A stretch of DNA of 63,756 nucleotides, counting the filler, from an uncultured Methanospirillum sp. (GTDB taxonomy: Archaea > Halobacteriota > Methanomicrobia > Methanomicrobiales > Methanospirillaceae), in the NCBI GenBank assembly GCA_964637135.1. It is 4 parts of 4 records of this genome, joined end to end, with 100 filler letters (N's around TTAATTAATTAA, not from the genome) between each part and the next. Parts side by side here need not be neighbours in the genome. Positions count along the whole stretch, not along the records: positions 34,130 to 49,912 come from CAZWTX010000042.1; positions 50,013 to 63,756 come from CAZWTX010000044.1; 2 more parts are not named here. One strand, 5' to 3'. The position numbers and the translations under genes were made by a program. Shown here in pieces: positions 42,421 through 52,709 of this stretch (positions are counted from its first letter, which is position 1; the number at the start of each line of letters is the position of its first letter). The notes beneath the pieces were generated by a model. That model did no database searches, was not told where the DNA came from, and saw only the letters and a list, made by a program, of their open reading frames with translations.

Positions 42421-44301
42421 ATGAACATCCTACCCGTTCTTACCGGACTGCTCCTTGCCTCCCTGCTTACCACCTGCGGGGCAGTCACTGCACCGGATGA
42501 ATCCCTCGCGCTTATCCGGTTCGATAATGGAGATGATTTAAACCAGTTCCTCGAAAACCAGACCGCCGTATGGGAAGAGGAACTGATCCGTTCCGGGATT
42601 GATTATTCCGGGCAGAAAGCCCTGGCAACAGGAGTGACTGCTGAGAATGCTGCCGATAGTGCCGCCCCTGTCGCCGGAACCGGATATGCACAGGACTATT
42701 CCACGACAAACATCCAGGTTCAGGGAGTCGATGAGGCTGACTTTGTTAAGAATGACGGGAAGTACATCTACCACGGCTCGGGAGAGACCCTGACGATCAT
42801 CGATGCCTATCCTCCTGAAGGGGCAAAGATCATCTGGCAGGAGGAACTGGACGGACGCATCTGTGATCTCTTCCTGAACGGCGATCAGCTCGTTGTTTTC
42901 CTGGAGAAATCCGATGAGAACTGGATTTATCCGCAAAATTCCCGGGTCCCGATCCTGGATGGTCGGCCGATCCTTGAGGCACGGATCTATTCAGTTGCAA
43001 ACCCGGCTGATCCAGATGAAGAAAGAAAAGTGACCGTCTCCGGTTCGTACGAAAATGCACGCATGGCAGGAGATACCGTGTACCTCCTTTCGGCGTCGTC
43101 ATATGAACCGACCGTTGATACCCTGCCGGTGGTCAGAAACGGCGATACGGTTGTCGAACCGGCCATATGGGTTCCCGGCATCCCGTTCCACTCATACCGG
43201 ATGCATACCCTGACTGCCTTCTCTCTCACCGGTGAGGCCCTGTCAGCCGAATCCTTCCTCCTCGGGTACGATAACACTCTCTATGCCTCTGAAAAGAATA
43301 TCTACATCGCTTACCAGCCATATTACGGGTGGTGGGGGAATATCGGCGATGAACAGAAGACCGTTATCCACCGGTTCGGTATTGATGGCCCGAAGGTTGT
43401 CTACCAGGCAAGCGGAACGGTTCCCGGAACGCTCCTGAACCAGTTCTCCCTTGACGAATACGAAAATCACCTCAGGGTTGCAACAACGGTCAGTTCCTGG
43501 AATTCGGGTGAGAGTGAGATGTATAACAATGTCTATGTCCTTGACCGGGATCTCACAACCGTTGGTGAACTCACCCATCTCGCCCCGGACGAGAAGATTT
43601 ATTCGGCACGATTCATGGGCGATCTTCTGTACCTGGTCACGTTCAAACAGATCGACCCCCTCTTCGTAATCGATCTTTCAAACCCGCAAAGTCCGGGAAT
43701 CCTCGGGGAACTGAAAATCCCGGGGTACTCCGATTACCTCCACCCGGTCGGTGATCACTCCCTCCTCGGGATCGGAAAAGATACCGAGACGAACGAATGG
43801 GGAGGGGTATCTGCATCAGGACTGAAGATTGCCCTCTTTGATATCACCGATCTGAATAATCCCGGTCTCATCGACCAGGTGATCCTCGGAGCGGCCGGAT
43901 CAGACTCTGCTGTCCTCACCGATCACAAGGCCTTCCTCTATGATCCGAAGAAAGGGATCATGGTTCTTCCCGCACGGGTGGTTGAAAAAACTCCAAACAC
44001 AAAAAGTTCCTATGAAGGTTCATACCGGTACTCGGTCTGGCAGGGGGCATATGTCTACCATGTCAGTCCCACGACCGGGTTTGACGAAATTGGGAGAGTT
44101 CAGCATGGAGATACCATTGAAGAGGACTGGTACTGGGGTTCTCCGGAGGTGACCAGATCGATACTCATGGACAATGCCCTTTACACGATATCATCAGAGG
44201 AACTCGTTGCCAGCCTGCTGGACAACCCGGGGAAGATACTACAATCCCTCCCCCTTCCGGGGGCGGGACAGGAACCTGTGTATCGGATCCTCGCTGAATA
44301 A
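42421..44301 (+). CDS. Secreted beta-propeller-domain protein (COG4880-like)
   Basis: Signal peptide; YSTTNIQVQGVDEADFVKNDG, NQFSLDE, VTFKQIDPLF, GELKIPGYS. Confidence 0.88.
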   Translation: MNILPVLTGLLLASLLTTCGAVTAPDESLALIRFDNGDDLNQFLENQTAVWEEELIRSGIDYSGQKALATGVTAENAADSAAPVAGTGYAQDYSTTNIQVQGVDEADFVKNDGKYIYHGSGETLTIIDAYPPEGAKIIWQEELDGRICDLFLNGDQLVVFLEKSDENWIYPQNSRVPILDGRPILEARIYSVANPADPDEERKVTVSGSYENARMAGDTVYLLSASSYEPTVDTLPVVRNGDTVVEPAIWVPGIPFHSYRMHTLTAFSLTGEALSAESFLLGYDNTLYASEKNIYIAYQPYYGWWGNIGDEQKTVIHRFGIDGPKVVYQASGTVPGTLLNQFSLDEYENHLRVATTVSSWNSGESEMYNNVYVLDRDLTTVGELTHLAPDEKIYSARFMGDLLYLVTFKQIDPLFVIDLSNPQSPGILGELKIPGYSDYLHPVGDHSLLGIGKDTETNEWGGVSASGLKIALFDITDLNNPGLIDQVILGAAGSDSAVLTDHKAFLYDPKKGIMVLPARVVEKTPNTKSSYEGSYRYSVWQGAYVYHVSPTTGFDEIGRVQHGDTIEEDWYWGSPEVTRSILMDNALYTISSEELVASLLDNPGKILQSLPLPGAGQEPVYRILAE

Positions 44302-44346
44302 TTTTTTTATGAACCTTTTTTTATACTGAACGCGCAATACATTTGC

Positions 44347-46176
44347 ATGCAGTTTATTTCCGGGATTGGCTCGGTAATCATCGGATTAGTGCTTATCATA
44401 TCGTTCTCTGGGATCTCGCTCGGAGAGGAACCCTATGGGATTATGCATCTCTCCCGGGAAGAGAGGATAGCGGAACATCTCACCGACCAGGCAATCAGGG
44501 AGACCGATATGATTGAAGAGTACCCGGGGCCGGGTGAAGTCAGTCTCCTCCCCCTGATACCCTATATCCCCTCGGAACGCAACCAGGGGAGCTGTGGGAA
44601 CTGCTGGGCATGGACAGGAACCGGTATTGTCGAGACCGCACATACCGTGCAGACCGGGATCTCTGACCGGCTCTCCATCCAGTATCTCAACTCGTTCATG
44701 AATGGAGGAGGAACCCTGCCGTCAGGGTACGGAGGGAGTTCTTTTGCCTGCGATGGAGGAGGTGCTACTAAATTTTCCGCTTTTTACCAGGGAAACGAGG
44801 CAAACCGTACACTCGTTCCCTGGAGTAATATAAACGCGAGTTATTTCGACGGGAACGGGGGACAACCGGGGGGACTCAACGGTTCTTACCGGACGATGAT
44901 ACCGGCAGAATCCATCACGACAACCCCCCGGTATCCAATCACATCAATGGAGGCACAGTGGTTCGATCTCTCAACGATGACCCGGGAACAGGCTATCGGG
45001 ACCATTAAAAATGAACTATACAATAACCGGGCACTATACTGCGGATACAGCCTGCCAAACAGTTCTTCCTGGCGGGATTTCTCACGATTCTGGAGTACCC
45101 AGACACAGGATACATTCTTTTCACTGGATCCCTACAATGGGACGCATTATGAGGAAACAGGGGGAGGTCATGCAGTACTCCTCGTCGGGTATAATGACAC
45201 AGATCCTGACCCCGCAAACCATTACTGGACGCTCCTGAACAGCTGGGGGAATAATACTCTCCGGCCCGAGGGAACGTTCCGGTTTCCGATGCAGATGAAC
45301 TACCAGAATGTTGATGACGAAGGGTACCCGAACTTCCGGATCTACCGGATCACCACCGAATTCGCTGCGTTTCATCCGGCCCCGGTAATCTCGGGCATCT
45401 TCCCGTCATCAGGTATACAGAACACGATCATCCCGCTCGTCAACATCACCGGCAGTAACTTCGAGACAGGGGACCGGATTGCATTCACCCGGGACGGGGA
45501 TACCTGCCTGACCAGTGCCGGGGTGAAAGACCAGAGCAACCTCACCATCACCGGATTGAACCTGGCCGGAGTTCCAGCCGGGATATACAGCCTGACCGTC
45601 ACCAGCCAGACAACCGGATGGACCGGAATCCTCCCCCGGGCATTCACCGTCAACGGACCCGAACCGACTCCTGAACCTGTTCCAAAACTCTACAACATCC
45701 AGACTGGTTCAGATAACCTCGGGACCATCATCCCCTCTGGCGAAGTACTTATCGTCAACGGGACCAACCAGACCTTCATAATGCAGGCTAAACCGGGAGC
45801 GGTTATCAGCGAACTTACCGTAGACGGAATAGAAATTTCGAGTGCACGGGGTAAAACCAGTTACACGTATACCTTCCCGGCGATATCAGCCAATCACACC
45901 ATCTTCCTCACCGGACGGGTCCTGGACGGAGTGTTGATCGCCTCGTTCTCCCAGAATCAGTCTTCGGGAACCGCACCTCTGACCGTACAGTTCACCGACA
46001 CTTCAGCCGGAAATCCGGACCGGTGGTTCTGGACATTCGGCGATGGACACTCTTCTTCCCGCATGGATCCCATTCATACATACTCAATCCCGGGATCGTA
46101 CACCGTATCTCTTTATGCACGGAATCATCAGGCAAGCAGCAGTATCTCCAGGGAAAACCTGATACAGGTCAGGTGA
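44347..46176 (+). CDS. Secreted papain-like C1A cysteine protease with IPT, InlB-B-like and PKD tail
   Basis: QGSCGNCWAW, GGHAVLLVGY, NSWG; WTFGD. Confidence 0.9.
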   Translation: MQFISGIGSVIIGLVLIISFSGISLGEEPYGIMHLSREERIAEHLTDQAIRETDMIEEYPGPGEVSLLPLIPYIPSERNQGSCGNCWAWTGTGIVETAHTVQTGISDRLSIQYLNSFMNGGGTLPSGYGGSSFACDGGGATKFSAFYQGNEANRTLVPWSNINASYFDGNGGQPGGLNGSYRTMIPAESITTTPRYPITSMEAQWFDLSTMTREQAIGTIKNELYNNRALYCGYSLPNSSSWRDFSRFWSTQTQDTFFSLDPYNGTHYEETGGGHAVLLVGYNDTDPDPANHYWTLLNSWGNNTLRPEGTFRFPMQMNYQNVDDEGYPNFRIYRITTEFAAFHPAPVISGIFPSSGIQNTIIPLVNITGSNFETGDRIAFTRDGDTCLTSAGVKDQSNLTITGLNLAGVPAGIYSLTVTSQTTGWTGILPRAFTVNGPEPTPEPVPKLYNIQTGSDNLGTIIPSGEVLIVNGTNQTFIMQAKPGAVISELTVDGIEISSARGKTSYTYTFPAISANHTIFLTGRVLDGVLIASFSQNQSSGTAPLTVQFTDTSAGNPDRWFWTFGDGHSSSRMDPIHTYSIPGSYTVSLYARNHQASSSISRENLIQVR

Positions 46177-46310
46177 TCTCCCTCACTATCCATTGTCAGG
46201 GGATGAATCCATCACTCATCTTCCGCGGTTTCCAGAAAATCAAGTGTTCAGCAGCCTGTTCAGCATCAATTTGTCCAAATTATTTTATACAACAAATTCA
46301 ATGAAATACT

Positions 46311-48161
46311 ATGACGGGTGTTGCGGGGCGAATCGGGATGATCATCGGATTATTCCTATTCTTTTTACTTCCTGGGATCGTTTCAGCGGAGGATGAACCA
46401 CTTGCGATAATGCAGGTATCTGCAGAGGAGAAAAATGCATGGTTTACAGAGGCGCAGCGTCTTCCAAAGGTGGATGCAGTCTCTTCTTACCCCGGACCGG
46501 GAGAAGTGAACCTCCTTAACAGGATTCCATACATTCCTGCTGAACGCAACCAGGGGAATTGCGGGAACTGCTGGGCATGGGCTGCAACCGGTGTCGTTGA
46601 GATCGCCCATACCACCCAGACCGGCTCCTTTGACCGGCTTTCGGTCCAGTACCTGAACTCTTTCATGAACAAAGGGGGAACTATTGCCCCCCAGTACACG
46701 GGAGGTGCATTTGCCTGTGACGGGGGATGGGCACAGCAGTTCACCAGTTTTTACATGGGTCCTGAAGCAAACAGAACCCTTGTTCCCTGGACAAATACAA
46801 ATGCCAGTTATTTTGACGGGAACGGTGGGCAGCCAGGGGGGTACAGCGGAACAAACAAGACCTCAATGCCGGCAGAATATGTCTCCACCACCCCCGGATA
46901 TCCGGTAACCTCCATGTCCGCGAGCACTATTGACATCTACAATATGAGCCAGGGAGAAGCCATCGGATCCTTAAAGAACGAACTTTACAATAACCGGGCA
47001 GTCTGGTTCGCATTCTGGCTTCCGAACAATACCGCCTGGACAGATTACCGGGCATTCTGGAGGGGAGAACCGGAAGAGAAACTCTTTTCCTTCGACCCCT
47101 ATAATGGTACCCCTTTTGGTGAAACCGGAGGCGGACATGCCGTTCTCCTCGTCGGGTACAATGATACTGATCCTGACCCCGCAAATCATTACTGGACGAT
47201 CCTGAACAGCTGGGGCGTCACCGCGCTCAGACCAAACGGAACCTTCCGGATACCAATGCAGATGAATTACCAGAATGTCGATGCAGAGGGATACGGCAAT
47301 CTCATGACACAGCGGATTGCAACCGAATTTGCCCCGCTTAACCCCTCACCCGTGATCTTCGGGATATTCCCCTCATCAGGCCTGCAGAATGCAACCATCC
47401 CGCTCCTCAACATCACGGGTCAGAACCTGGAAACCGGCAACAAGGTGGAGTTCAGCCAGGCCGGAACTACCTGGCTTGCGTATTCGGGGGTTAAAAGCGG
47501 GAGTAACCTCACGATCTCACAGATGAATCTCACGAATATTCCCACCGGGGCATACAACCTGACGGTAACGGACATGGTGACCGCCAGGAACGGAACCCTT
47601 CCCGGTGCTTTCACGGTGACGGGTGAGACTCCTGTCCCGACTCCCACGCCCACCAGTACCCCTTCGCCTGATCTCTACCGGATCACGACAACATCAGACG
47701 ACCTCGGATACATCATCCCATCCGGCGGAATTCTTGTGGCCGGCGGAACGAACCAGACGTTTATAATGAGGGCGAAACCGGGAGCAGTCATCAGGGAAGT
47801 AGCAGTCAACGGGACAATCAAACCGGAGGCAGCCGGACAAACATCGTTCTCCTATACATTTGTCAATGTCCACGAAAACAGCGACATCTCACTCACATGT
47901 AGTGTTTTGGATAACGTTGTCATCGCCTCCTTCTCCCAGAACAAGACTATGGGGCCCTCCCCGCTGATGGTATCGTTCACCGACACCTCGGCCGGGAACC
48001 CGGATCAGTGGTACTGGACATTCGGGGACGGTAATAAATCATCTCTGAAGAATTCTACGAATATCTATACTACTCCGGGATCCTATCCGGTTAAACTCTG
48101 GGTCAGGAATGCCCAGAGCAGCGGAAGTGTGACAAAAGAGAACCTGATCCAGGTCTCCTGA
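46311..48161 (+). CDS. Tandem paralog C1A cysteine protease with the same tail
   Basis: QGNCGNCWAW, GGHAVLLVGY, NSWG; PTPT linker; PKD. Confidence 0.9.
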   Translation: MTGVAGRIGMIIGLFLFFLLPGIVSAEDEPLAIMQVSAEEKNAWFTEAQRLPKVDAVSSYPGPGEVNLLNRIPYIPAERNQGNCGNCWAWAATGVVEIAHTTQTGSFDRLSVQYLNSFMNKGGTIAPQYTGGAFACDGGWAQQFTSFYMGPEANRTLVPWTNTNASYFDGNGGQPGGYSGTNKTSMPAEYVSTTPGYPVTSMSASTIDIYNMSQGEAIGSLKNELYNNRAVWFAFWLPNNTAWTDYRAFWRGEPEEKLFSFDPYNGTPFGETGGGHAVLLVGYNDTDPDPANHYWTILNSWGVTALRPNGTFRIPMQMNYQNVDAEGYGNLMTQRIATEFAPLNPSPVIFGIFPSSGLQNATIPLLNITGQNLETGNKVEFSQAGTTWLAYSGVKSGSNLTISQMNLTNIPTGAYNLTVTDMVTARNGTLPGAFTVTGETPVPTPTPTSTPSPDLYRITTTSDDLGYIIPSGGILVAGGTNQTFIMRAKPGAVIREVAVNGTIKPEAAGQTSFSYTFVNVHENSDISLTCSVLDNVVIASFSQNKTMGPSPLMVSFTDTSAGNPDQWYWTFGDGNKSSLKNSTNIYTTPGSYPVKLWVRNAQSSGSVTKENLIQVS

Positions 48162-48243
48162 ACTTTTTAATCACAATTACTTTATATATTTAAATATATT
48201 ATTTTTCGTAGATATTTTCCCGGGATGGAACGGGGCACGCTAT

Positions 48244-49912
48244 ATGAACAGGTTTTTCATAATTCTTCTGACCGGACTGGTTCTTTCCATGGCCTTCGGG
48301 GTCCATGGAGATTCATCCGGATTGCTCTTGCCCTCTGAACAGACAGGTACTCCTGCACCGGATACCCAGACCGGAATGAGCATGATCCAGGAGCAGCCAT
48401 ACCATCCTGACCGGTTGATAGTCAGGTTTGATTCCTCGCCGGTGGCACGATCTGATATCGGCATCTCATCCATTAATGAAGATATCGGCGCGACGGTGAT
48501 CGAGGATCTATCCCCGTCCGGGGTGGAGGGGATGAAACTTGTGGATCCCGGGAATCTCCCGGTTGCCGAGGCAATTGAATACTATGCAGAACAACCGGGG
48601 GTTCTCTACGCAGAACCGGATTACATCTATCGGATCATGCCATCAGGCGAGGATTCGATCTCTGCCGTCACTCCTGATGATCCGGGTTTTGCACAACTCT
48701 GGGGGCTCCATAACACCGGTTCTGCCGGGGTGGCCGATGCAGACATCGATGCACCTGAGGCATGGGATCTGGAAACCGGATCACCGGATACGATTATTGC
48801 GGTCATCGATACCGGGGTTGACTATACCCACGAGGATCTCACCGCGAATATCTGGACGAATACCGGTGAGATACCCGGAAATGGAATCGATGACGACGGG
48901 AACGGGTTTGTCGATGACCTGCACGGCTGGGACTTTATCAATGGAGACAATGATCCTGCCGATGATCACAGCCATGGAACCCACTGCGCCGGTACTATCG
49001 GGGCGGTCGGGAACAACAGTATCGGAATCACCGGCGTGGTCTGGAAGGCCCGGATTATGCCGCTCAAGGCATTCAATTCAACCGGATACGGAAGCCTTTC
49101 TGCAGAAATAGCCGCAATCGGGTATGCACACCAGATGGGTGCAGACATCATCTCAAACTCCTGGGGAGGTACATCCTACAGCCAGGCATTGAAGGACGCC
49201 ATTGAGGCAACAGATGCAGTTGTGGTCTGTGCAGCTGGAAACAGTGGGAAAAATACAGATACTACGCCCCAGTATCCATCATCATACAGTTCGATAAATG
49301 TCATCTCCGTCGCCTCAACCACCAGCAGTGATACACTCTCATCATTCTCGAATTACGGACCGGCCACGGTTGATATTGGTGCACCGGGATCCTCTGTCTA
49401 CAGCACGATTCCCGGAAACAGGTATGGCATAAAATCAGGTACCTCAATGGCCACTCCTCATGTCTCCGGGGTTGCTGCCATGGTCCACAGCAGGTATCCG
49501 CTTTTAACCCCCGAAGAGATTATCACACAAATCCTCGCCACTGCTGATCCGGTCTCCTCCCTGTCCGGAAAATGCGTTGCCGGGGGCCGGCTGAATGCAT
49601 ACAAGGCCATTACCCACGAGGAACCAGACCTGGTTCCGGTGATATCCGGGATTTCCCCATCCTCAGGAGAACAAAACTCCACTATATCATTCGTCAACAT
49701 ATCAGGCTCAAATCTCACCACCGGAGACCAGGTTTCCTTTTACCGGACCGGGTATACCGGTCTTACGTACCCCGGGGTAATGAGGGAGTCAACCCTCACC
49801 ATTTCATCGGTGAACCTGTCCGGGGTGCCCTGCGGGGTATGGAACATCTCGGTGACCAATGCCACTTCAGGTACAACAGGGCACCTGAAGAGCGCTTTCA
49901 CCGTATACACCC
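48244..49912 (+). CDS. Secreted S8A subtilisin-like protease (3'-partial)
   Basis: VIDTG, HGTHCAG, AAGN, GTSMATPH; IPT-like domain follows. Confidence 0.93.
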
Positions 49913-50012
49913 NNNNNNNNNNNNNNNNNNNNNNNNNNNNNNNNNNNNNNNNNNNNTTAATTAATTAANNNNNNNNNNNNNNNNNNNNNNNNNNNNNNNN
50001 NNNNNNNNNNNN
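49913..50012. other. Artificial contig spacer
   Basis: N-TTAATTAATTAA-N. Confidence 0.97.
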
Positions 50013-50537
50013 ATTCTCGGTGAACGCGGGGTTCATATCGCCCACAACCCGGTGAGCAACATGAAACTTGCCACCGGGCGGATGATGCCGTACCACTGGC
50101 TGAAGAAAACAGGGGTCAATGTAACCCTCGGCACGGACGGATGCTCCTCGAATAACAACCTTGACATGCTTGAGGAGATGAAAACCGCCGCTATCGGTCA
50201 GAAGTTCTTCTGGAACCAGGACACGCTCCTTCCGGCACACGAGGCCCTTGCCATGGGTACCGTGAACGGGTCACGGGCTCTCGGGATCCCGGGTGGAGTT
50301 ATCATGGCAGGCAATCCGGCAGATCTCGTGCTGATCGATCTCATCCACCCGTCGATGGTGCCGCTCCACAACCCGGTCTCAAATATCGTCTATGCCGCTC
50401 ATGGCGGGGCAGTAGATACGGTTCTGTGTGCCGGACGAATCCTCATGAGTGAAAGGTTCATCCCGGGAGAAGCGGAGACGGTGAAAAAAGCGGCAGATGT
50501 TGCCGTATCCCTCGTACAGCGGGCCGCTTCCGGGTAA
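50013..50537 (+). CDS. Amidohydrolase, MTA/SAH/5'-deoxyadenosine deaminase-like (5'-partial)
   Basis: HNPVSNMKL, LGTDGCSSNNNLDM, ADLV. Confidence 0.85.
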   Translation: MLGERGVHIAHNPVSNMKLATGRMMPYHWLKKTGVNVTLGTDGCSSNNNLDMLEEMKTAAIGQKFFWNQDTLLPAHEALAMGTVNGSRALGIPGGVIMAGNPADLVLIDLIHPSMVPLHNPVSNIVYAAHGGAVDTVLCAGRILMSERFIPGEAETVKKAADVAVSLVQRAASG

Positions 50538-50549
50538 AAAGCTCCCTGA

Positions 50550-51449
50550 TCAGGGGAGACAGGAGAGGATCCGGTGCATTATGCTGGCAGCAACCGCGGG
50601 ATTCTTCATCAGGGTATCACACCTGAGCGAGCCGGGAATATCATCCCTGTCGCGTTCATCCTGAACATATAAATCCACGAGATCCCCGTACAGTTTGGCA
50701 AGGCCGGACGAGCACGGTTGAAATCCCTTCGCTGTCATCAGGGCACCGGCCGGCCCGCTCACCGGCTGGTCATTGATGAAGGGGCTGACTGATACCACGA
50801 ATTTTTCCTGTAACGCTTCCCGGACTCCCCGGCACTCCAGGATGGGGAGGATACTTGTGACCGGGTTGCTCGGCCCGATGATCACGGCCCGGCTTTTCCT
50901 GATGGCGTCCAACACCTCCGGGGTCGCCTGTGGAGGCTGTGCAGGTTCGCGGAGAACCTCCCTGATCGGGACCGACCCCCGGTACCTCACCCAGTACTCC
51001 TGGAAATGGAGAACCTCGCCCTGACCGGTAAGAATCATCGTGGTATACGGGTGATCAGCCATCGGCAGCACCAATGCCCGGACAGAGAACCGGTCTGCAA
51101 AGAACCGGGTCGTCTCGGTCAGGGTCTTTCCCTCCTGAAGCATCATGGCCCTGGCCAGCTGGACTGCCCGGTCCTGATCCCCGATGGCGATATACGAGTC
51201 AGCCTGCAGGTTCTTCAGCATCTCATGCGTGACGAACGTGTCATCCCTGATCCCCCACCAGGTGCCGGTATTCAGCATGCCTGCAAAGAGATACAGGACC
51301 GTATCAACATCAGGCGAGATATGGCCGCCCTGGTACCAGATATCCTCACCGGTGTTCACGACCACGGCAATATCCGTATCAGGAAGAACTTCCCGGGCTC
51401 CCTCAAGGAGTTTCGGCGTCCCGGTTCCCCCGGACAGGAACGTGTACAT
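50550..51449 (-). CDS. cofD: 2-phospho-L-lactate transferase (F420 biosynthesis)
   Basis: LSGGTGTPKL, NTGED, SPDVDT, HFQEYW, GPSNPVTSI, SGPA. Confidence 0.93.
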   Translation of the reverse strand: MYTFLSGGTGTPKLLEGAREVLPDTDIAVVVNTGEDIWYQGGHISPDVDTVLYLFAGMLNTGTWWGIRDDTFVTHEMLKNLQADSYIAIGDQDRAVQLARAMMLQEGKTLTETTRFFADRFSVRALVLPMADHPYTTMILTGQGEVLHFQEYWVRYRGSVPIREVLREPAQPPQATPEVLDAIRKSRAVIIGPSNPVTSILPILECRGVREALQEKFVVSVSPFINDQPVSGPAGALMTAKGFQPCSSGLAKLYGDLVDLYVQDERDRDDIPGSLRCDTLMKNPAVAASIMHRILSCLP

Positions 51450-51492
51450 ATTCCCTTATTATGTACACCGGGCCATATGAGATGCAGGGCAG

Positions 51493-52695
51493 ATGAAGAC
51501 GATAAAAGACCCGGTGCACGGGTACATCATGGTTGAACCCGACCTTTTGCTCCTGCTTGATACCCCCCATGTCCAGCGGCTCAGGCATATCAGGCAGCTC
51601 GGGTTTTCATATCTCGTTTATCCGGGTGCCCATCACACGCGGTTTGAGCATTCACTCGGCACGATGCACCTGGCATCGGTCCTCTCCCGACAGGTCGGCC
51701 TTTCCCCGGAAGACCACCTTCTCGTCTCTGCATCGGCCCTCCTCCATGATATCGGTCACGGCCCGTTCTCCCATGCAACCGAGGGACTGACCAGGGAGAT
51801 CCTCGGCCGTGAGCATACTGACGTCATGGATCTCCTTCAGGAGCCCGGTCTGAAACCGGTCATCGAAGAGATTGGTCTTGATCCGGCAGATATCGAAACG
51901 ATGATCCAGGGTACCCACCCGCTTGCGAGTATTATTCATGGCGACCTCGATGTGGACAGGATGGACTACCTTCTCCGTGATGCCCATTACACTGGTGCCC
52001 CGTACGGGACCGTCGATGCAATGCGGCTCATCAGGTCAACCCTCATCGTTGACGGAAAGATAACCCTCGATGAAAGCGGGATCCAGGCAGCCGAATCCCT
52101 CCTGATCGCCCGGACCCTGATGCGTCCGGCGGTGTACTACCACCACGTGAGCAGGATCGCCGAGAAGATGTTTGCAGCATCCCTGTACGCTCATATCAGT
52201 CCTGATCCCGCCCGCCTCATGGAAGATATCATCAGGGCAGACGATGCTGCCTGCATGCAGGGCCTGCTCCACTCCGGAAGCACCACTGCCCGGACCTTTG
52301 CCAGAGATCTCTACCGCCGCAACCTCTACAAACGCGTCCTGTATGCAGGCAGTGAAGAGGCTGTAACCACCTTGCGACAGGCTGATGACTCCCTCAGGCG
52401 CGAACGGGATATTGCCGCCAGGATTGCCGGGGAGGCCGGGGTCATGCCTTCCGAGGTCCTCGTCGACATTCCCGCGTTTCCAAAAGATATGTGGGTGGGA
52501 GTCCAGGTACAGGACAAAAATCACCTTGTTTCGCTTGAAGACGTCTCACCACTCGTCACGACCCTGAACGAAACCCGGAGACGACAATGGCGGATCGGTG
52601 TCTATGCCCCTGAACACCTGAAAGATGTCGTTCTCGAAGCGGCCCGGGAAGTATTGCAGCTCAGGCTGCCAACCCGGCAGGAACGGCTGCTTTAA
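51493..52695 (+). CDS. HD-domain phosphohydrolase (COG1078, dNTPase-like)
   Basis: KDPVHG, HTRFEHSLG, LLHDIGHGPFSH, DRMDYLLRD. Confidence 0.92.
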   Translation: MKTIKDPVHGYIMVEPDLLLLLDTPHVQRLRHIRQLGFSYLVYPGAHHTRFEHSLGTMHLASVLSRQVGLSPEDHLLVSASALLHDIGHGPFSHATEGLTREILGREHTDVMDLLQEPGLKPVIEEIGLDPADIETMIQGTHPLASIIHGDLDVDRMDYLLRDAHYTGAPYGTVDAMRLIRSTLIVDGKITLDESGIQAAESLLIARTLMRPAVYYHHVSRIAEKMFAASLYAHISPDPARLMEDIIRADDAACMQGLLHSGSTTARTFARDLYRRNLYKRVLYAGSEEAVTTLRQADDSLRRERDIAARIAGEAGVMPSEVLVDIPAFPKDMWVGVQVQDKNHLVSLEDVSPLVTTLNETRRRQWRIGVYAPEHLKDVVLEAAREVLQLRLPTRQERLL

Positions 52696-52709
52696 AAAAT
52701 AAGGGTGTT

